From positions 1-44,187 of the forward strand of contig JAQXNS010000135.1 in NCBI GenBank assembly GCA_029098125.1: a stretch of DNA of 44,187 nucleotides, read 5' to 3'. This DNA comes from a bacterium (lineage in GTDB: Bacteria > Bacillota_I > Bacilli_A > RFN20 > CAG-826). Below, in pieces: positions 39,207 through 44,187 of this stretch (position 1 is its first letter; each line of letters opens with the position of its first letter). The notes under the pieces were generated by a model. The model had not been told where the DNA came from, did not search any database, and was given only the letters and a program-made list of their open reading frames with translations. The position numbers and the translations under genes were made by a program.

Positions 39207-41195
39207 CTAAAAGCCACTAGCATCAAAAAAGCCTTTTTTTAGAGCTTCACCCTTGATATCAACGGATTGTTTGATAATATTTTCATCCCATTTTTGTGTG
39301 TTTTCAATTACATAATCTTTATTAAACAATCCTAATAAGAATCCAGTATATCCACTGACATCTATTAATAAAATATTATTTTCATATGTGTAATCTTTAT
39401 GCCATTTACTTGGCTCCCAACTCCAAATATATAGCTCGTTTTGCTCGAAATATATAGGATTTAGATTTATTACGTTAAAATATCCATCAATTAAAGTAAT
39501 TTTGTTAAAGACAAATCTTCTAGTTTTTGAATTATTACCATTTTTAACAACAATATTTAAAACCTCTTCATTATTTATAACATGATCTCCAATAGTAATA
39601 TTCACTTTTTCATTGAAACTCACTTTTGATGATTCATCATCGTTAAAATAATAGAAACTCTCGCTAGCATTTGAGGTTTTTAATTCTACATTTAATTTAT
39701 CAGCAAAGCTCTCACCTCTGCTAGAAATTGTAAAACTTGGTCGTGGTAAAACATGGCTTCTAACCAAATAGCAAATTCCTGATTGATCAAAATTGATAGT
39801 TGCAGTTTTGGACGAAACAACAACTTTTGAACCAGTAACTAAATCATAATAATTTCCATCACTTAAATGATTAAATTTTACAGTTTTTGTATAATTTTTC
39901 TTCTCAGCGTCAATATTTAATACATACGCGCCATCATCTTCCTCGCTATATCTTTCATTTACAAAAACTAAATCATCACTTTCAGAATGTAAATCTTCTT
40001 CAGCTCCTATAAAACGATTATGGAATCTATTTGCAGAAGCAACCAATTCACTTTCGAATCCATAAGAACCTATTTGTCCAACATCAATATTTGCATTTGG
40101 TCTTGCTAAAAATAAAGCATTGATTCCTTTTCTAGAAGCAATAACACCCCATTCTTTTGCAACACGAGTTTCATTAATATGAGTTGAGGATTCAACATAA
40201 GTATCGTGACTTTCAACCCAAGTAATAACCTTGCTTACATCAACATTTTTGCCATATTGTGCATTACAAATAGCGTCTGCGCTTTTTGAAGAAACAACGC
40301 CTTTATGAACACCTTGAATATAACCATCACATGTTACATCCATCATGTTAGCATATAAATTAATATCTCTTTCTAAAGGATTGTTTAGAACTTCTCCATA
40401 AGCGTACAATTCTTTATTTTCTTTTTCTTTATAATAATCTTTTGCTGCTAATAAAGTGTTTTCCCAAAAATTACTAGGATAATCCTTGTCTTGACTCGTC
40501 TCAATATGTTTTGCAGCATCAAACCTAAATCCATCGATTCCAGCATCTATGCATTCTTTTAAATAAGATAAACATCTTTCTTGAACGTATGGATTTCCAG
40601 TATTTAAATCTGGTAGCTTTCCATATGGGTAATATTGTGTTTCTGCCCCGCTTCCTGTGGCATTCTTATTATGATGGAAAGTAGATGTATCCCCTTTATC
40701 ATTACGATGTTCATAAATATAAGGTTCATATTCACCTACTTTTGGAGAAACTTTTGGTGTTCCGTCGTCTTCCAAATCATCATCGCTGATATTTGCCATA
40801 TGATTAAAAACTACATCGCAATATATTGAAATACCATATTTATCGGCTTCAAGACATAATTCTTTCAACTCTTCTTTGGTGCCTAAACTACTTGAGGAAG
40901 CAATAGAAAAACTTAAAGGTTGATAAAAACTCCACCACGTAGATCCACCATTTTTTGGAGTTTGCAATGGCATAGTTAAAATAGATTTAAAACCAGACTC
41001 ATATATTCCAGGTAAATTATCTTTAATTTGTTTAAACGTCCAACAAAAAGCATGTAAAGTCAAACCATCATCATTGTTTTGAGGTAATTTTTCAACATAA
41101 TTATCTTCAAAATCTTCATATGATTTTGAACAAGATACAGAAATTATTGGCAAAGTTAATGCCAACCCTAGAAAAATATAATGTTTTAGTTTCAT
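39207..41195 (-). CDS. Alpha-amylase lipoprotein (GH13, B. subtilis AmyE-like) with probable C-terminal starch-binding module
   Basis: Lipobox SVSC; LHAFCW, DVVFNH, GFRFDAAKH, YGEVL, WVESHD; C-terminal LYIWSW. Start taken at ATG 41195 (GGAG RBS). Confidence 0.88.
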   Translation of the reverse strand: MKLKHYIFLGLALTLPIISVSCSKSYEDFEDNYVEKLPQNNDDGLTLHAFCWTFKQIKDNLPGIYESGFKSILTMPLQTPKNGGSTWWSFYQPLSFSIASSSSLGTKEELKELCLEADKYGISIYCDVVFNHMANISDDDLEDDGTPKVSPKVGEYEPYIYEHRNDKGDTSTFHHNKNATGSGAETQYYPYGKLPDLNTGNPYVQERCLSYLKECIDAGIDGFRFDAAKHIETSQDKDYPSNFWENTLLAAKDYYKEKENKELYAYGEVLNNPLERDINLYANMMDVTCDGYIQGVHKGVVSSKSADAICNAQYGKNVDVSKVITWVESHDTYVESSTHINETRVAKEWGVIASRKGINALFLARPNANIDVGQIGSYGFESELVASANRFHNRFIGAEEDLHSESDDLVFVNERYSEEDDGAYVLNIDAEKKNYTKTVKFNHLSDGNYYDLVTGSKVVVSSKTATINFDQSGICYLVRSHVLPRPSFTISSRGESFADKLNVELKTSNASESFYYFNDDESSKVSFNEKVNITIGDHVINNEEVLNIVVKNGNNSKTRRFVFNKITLIDGYFNVINLNPIYFEQNELYIWSWEPSKWHKDYTYENNILLIDVSGYTGFLLGLFNKDYVIENTQKWDENIIKQSVDIKGEALKKGFFDASGF

Positions 41196-41245
41196 AAACA
41201 ACTCCAAAAGTTATCAATTTTATAGTTAATAAAAATTTATTATTT

Positions 41246-41376
41246 TTTAAAAACTCATAAACTTAATATCTAATTTATGAGTAGCAGATAAGAGTTCTAA
41301 ACTATTGGTTTAGCATTTACAAAATTATGTTAAGCCAATAATATAAAACTCTTGCCTTATCATTTAAAAACTCATA
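41246..41376 (-). other. Structured intergenic element with terminator-like hairpin and 14-bp direct repeats
   Basis: TTTAAAAACTCATA at 41246-41259 and 41363-41376; hairpin 41253-41282; nested inverted repeats 41290-41353. Confidence 0.55.
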
Positions 41377-41430
41377 TCGAATTTACTATATATAATTTAT
41401 TTAATAATAAATTTTTAAAATTTATAACCT

Positions 41431-41459
41431 AAAAATGAGGTGCTATAAAGCACCCCATT
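41431..41459 (-). terminator. Intrinsic terminator after the starch-binding lipoprotein gene
   Basis: Minus strand AATGGGGTGCT-ttat-AGCACCTCATT-TTT. Confidence 0.8.
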
Positions 41460-41468
41460 AAAGATTAA

Positions 41469-42485
41469 TTAAGCAGCTTTAGTAACTGTGATTTTAGCGC
41501 TAGCATCAGCAGCAAATTCACCAATTGTAATTGTATATGAACCAGCTTCTGTTATCTTGATATTTGCATCATTTGCAGCATCAGATGCAACGCCAAGTAA
41601 TGTTTTACTAGCGTCATCTAATCTTCCTGCGCCCCAGTTAACAGTCCAATCAGCATCAGCTCTAATTTTCCATTCATCGTTAGCAGCAAATTCAACTGTA
41701 GCACTAAATGCTGTATTATCTGCATTTGCAGTTAATGAAACATCAGTATTCCAACCAGATGCAGCAAAACTACCAATGACACCATATGTATGTTCAGCAG
41801 CTTTCCATTCTTTAACTTCTTCATATCCGTCAACTTCGCTAGTAATTTCGCTATCTTTAATTAAGCCAACACCATATCCTGGTTTTCCTTCACCACCAGC
41901 AAATTTAACACCATAAACTGTATATGATCCAGAACCGCCAATGCAAACTGGATTGCTTGCCCATGAGAAACCGTTCTCATCTGCAGCTTCTTGGAATGCA
42001 GGCATAAATAATGTGTCTGGTGTTAAGCTAATTGCATAAGCTGTATGTGGATCTGGTATCCATTGTGTAACTGACCAAACTTCATCAACTTCATCATATG
42101 AAGCTTCACCAACTTTAATAGCAAATGAACCATTACAATTAACTTTTTTATCTTCTTTCATAGCTTGTGCTGTCCAACCAGCGTCTTTTGCACCAAGTCT
42201 AACATCAGATAATTTTACTCCGTATTGAATTTCATTATCTCCAGCTGCTGTTTTAATAGCTTCTGGTAATTCGCTTGCTTTAACAGCTGTCATTAAGTTT
42301 ATTACATTACCATTATCGTCTAATGCAGCGTCCCAAGCTGAGTCATGTTCGCCAACTTGGAATTGTCCTAATGCTAACCATTTTGCATCAAGTGGTTGCT
42401 CTGATGGTTGTTTGTTACATCCTGTAATACCAAGAATTGCAGCTGCGCCTAAAACAGCAATTTTTACTAATTTAACTTTTTTCAT
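41469..42485 (-). CDS. Putative non-catalytic starch-binding lipoprotein (SusE/SusF-like beta-sandwich C-domain)
   Basis: Lipobox ITGC; C-terminal VIGSF..GW..D..L...EWKIR...W..NWG...NI....GSYTITI pattern; no GH13 motifs; first gene of the starch locus. Confidence 0.65.
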   Translation of the reverse strand: MKKVKLVKIAVLGAAAILGITGCNKQPSEQPLDAKWLALGQFQVGEHDSAWDAALDDNGNVINLMTAVKASELPEAIKTAAGDNEIQYGVKLSDVRLGAKDAGWTAQAMKEDKKVNCNGSFAIKVGEASYDEVDEVWSVTQWIPDPHTAYAISLTPDTLFMPAFQEAADENGFSWASNPVCIGGSGSYTVYGVKFAGGEGKPGYGVGLIKDSEITSEVDGYEEVKEWKAAEHTYGVIGSFAASGWNTDVSLTANADNTAFSATVEFAANDEWKIRADADWTVNWGAGRLDDASKTLLGVASDAANDANIKITEAGSYTITIGEFAADASAKITVTKAA

Positions 42486-42562
42486 TTAAATATATCCTCC
42501 TAAGTTAAAAATAGCACATTAAAATTTTACGTTTTAAGTAAAAACTACTTTAAAAAAATATT

Positions 42563-42607
42563 TAATGTAAGTGCTTACATTATATTCATCCTTAAAAAAG
42601 AAAACAA
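42563..42607 (-). promoter_or_regulatory. Promoter of the starch locus with overlapping LacI-family/cre-like operator
   Basis: TTGTTT(42607-42602)-N17-TATAAT(42584-42579); near-perfect palindrome TAATGTAAG-TG-CTTACATTA at 42563-42582. Confidence 0.75.
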
Positions 42608-42754
42608 GATAAAAACATAATTTTACTTAACTAAAAACATAGATTTGATGTTTTTTATCTTTTTACTGGTAATACTTTCTAATGTATCGTTTCAATATAT
42701 ATACATTATAAAAATTTATACATAAAAATTTATAATCATATTATAATTTAAAGC

Positions 42755-44187
42755 GTGATTGAAATTAAAAATCTAACAAAAATCTATAAAAATAAGAATA
42801 AAACAAACACAAAGGCTTTAAATGATGTTTCGTTTTCCTTGCCTGATAGTGGTTTTGTTTTCATTTTAGGAAAAAGTGGATCTGGAAAGTCAACTTTAAT
42901 TAATTTATTAGGAGACCTTGATTCCAAAACATGCGGAGATATATTAGTTGATGGAGAATCGCTTTACACACTTAATAATGAAAAAAGAAGAGAATATAAA
43001 GCGTCATATTGCGGATTTATTTTTCAAGACTATCGTTTAATTAATGAATTAACAGTTAAAGAAAACATCCTTATTTCTCTTGAAATTATTAACGATATAT
43101 ATAATAAGGATAATAGGCTAAAAGAAGTTCTTAGCAAAGTAGATCTTGATGGATATGAAGATAAAATGGTTAATGAACTTAGTGGAGGAGAAAAGCAAAG
43201 GGTTGCAATTGCAAGAGCTCTAATTAAAAATCCAAAAATAATTCTTTGTGATGAACCAACTGGAAATCTTGATAAAAACACTTCTACTAAGATATTAGAC
43301 ATATTAAAAGAAATTTCTAAATCTTGCTTAATCTTTATGGTCAGCCATGATGAAAGCGCAAGTTTAAAATATGCTTCACGTAGAATAATTCTAGAAGAAG
43401 GAAAAATAATAAAAGATGAGATAAGAAATGCTGATTATAAAAATGAATGTTTAGTTGAAAACGGCACACTCTTTTTGCCATTTGAAAAGAATTTAAGCGA
43501 TGAAGAAAAAGAAAAAATCAAACAAGATTTAAAGAATAACAACATAAAAAGAATTGAACAATTAGATAATGGTTTTAAAGAGAATCACACCACTTACAAA
43601 TCTCAAAATATTCAAAAAACACTGCAGAACTCCACTAAAATTGAAAAAAACTTAAAAAATAGACTTCTTGGAAGATACTTTAAAAAAGGGATTTTTTCAT
43701 CAATTTTAAATTCAATTTTGTTTTCTCTCTTGACGATTTTATTGATTCTAGTCCAGACTTTTATAAACTTTGATTCTTCAAAAATTGTTTTAGATAACAT
43801 CGATTTAAACAATCAAAAAAATATAGTAATTACAAAAACAAAAATGCTCGAAGAAGTAAACAAAAAAACAATAATTAGTTTTAGCAATGAGGAAAAAGAA
43901 GAATTATTTGGAAAAGATATAAAATATTATCCTTATATAAATTACTCCTCATCACTAAAAAAAGAATTTTATGGATCAATAACAATCGATGGAGTTTTAC
44001 CAGGTTCAAAAGAATATTTATACGAAAGTTCCTTGTATGTAGTTAAAGTAATTGGCACTGCTATTGTTGATAAAGAATATTTAAGCAATACTTTTAACGA
44101 TGGAAAAGAGATTGAAGTATTAGCTGGTGATATTAATGATACCTTACACCCATATGGCGTCATCCTCACTGATTATCTTGCTGATTC
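42755..44187 (+). CDS. ABC ATP-binding domain fused to a probable permease (MacB/FtsX-like), partial
   Basis: Not in the ORF track (no stop in the window). GTG start; GKSGSGKST, GFIFQ, LSGGEKQRVAIARAL, CDEPTGNLD, VSHD; TM segment near 43690-43760. Confidence 0.88.
   Translation, partial: MIEIKNLTKIYKNKNKTNTKALNDVSFSLPDSGFVFILGKSGSGKSTLINLLGDLDSKTCGDILVDGESLYTLNNEKRREYKASYCGFIFQDYRLINELTVKENILISLEIINDIYNKDNRLKEVLSKVDLDGYEDKMVNELSGGEKQRVAIARALIKNPKIILCDEPTGNLDKNTSTKILDILKEISKSCLIFMVSHDESASLKYASRRIILEEGKIIKDEIRNADYKNECLVENGTLFLPFEKNLSDEEKEKIKQDLKNNNIKRIEQLDNGFKENHTTYKSQNIQKTLQNSTKIEKNLKNRLLGRYFKKGIFSSILNSILFSLLTILLILVQTFINFDSSKIVLDNIDLNNQKNIVITKTKMLEEVNKKTIISFSNEEKEELFGKDIKYYPYINYSSSLKKEFYGSITIDGVLPGSKEYLYESSLYVVKVIGTAIVDKEYLSNTFNDGKEIEVLAGDINDTLHPYGVILTDYLAD
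43615..43629 (+). repeat. Dispersed 15-bp motif, copy 6 (one mismatch, inside the ABC gene)
   Basis: AAAAACACTGCAGAA followed by CTCCACTA; read as K-T-L-Q-N, the same frame as in dnaE. Confidence 0.8.

Noticed and set aside
15230-41986. Other CTGCAG hexamers (near 15230, 23875, 29413, 30603, 31782, 41981)
   Set aside because: They lack the AAAAACC and AA flanks; they are ordinary Ala/Thr-Ala codon context.
41488-44169. Short antisense or alternate-frame ORFs here and throughout the track
   Set aside because: They lie within well-supported genes on another frame or strand and show no independent coding signal.

Overview
AT-rich chromosomal segment, most likely from a low-GC, reduced-genome Bacilli lineage (Erysipelotrichales/RFN20/RF39-like by inference; TGA is a stop codon, so not the mycoplasma code). 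Left to right: a MIF-like tautomerase (partial, missed by the ORF track), a DUF1461/Lit-like protein, trxB, a CarD-like gene, tRNA-Asp and tRNA-Phe, DUF3137 and lemA, an intact-looking IS3-family element, glgP and glgB, a housekeeping block (ackA, DHH phosphoesterase, dnaE, polA, fused mutM-coaE, opposite-strand dnaI/dnaB, pfkA, pyk, T-box thrS, ybaK), a 14-kb starch/maltodextrin locus (binding lipoprotein, amylase, pullulanase, ABC importer with an unusually long ATPase), and a partial ABC ATPase-permease. Three signals go beyond the gene list. (1) A non-palindromic 15-mer, AAAAACCCTGCAGAA, occurs five times exactly and once with one mismatch, on both strands, between genes and inside dnaE, mutM and the ABC gene, with phased A/T-tract flanks; it is a candidate undescribed genome-wide DNA signal. 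(2) The only two in-frame CGG codons I found both sit at expected Trp positions, suggesting CGG->Trp recoding. (3) A possible terminator/antiterminator leader lies upstream of the amylase. All scans were manual, and family calls come from motif recognition, not database searches.
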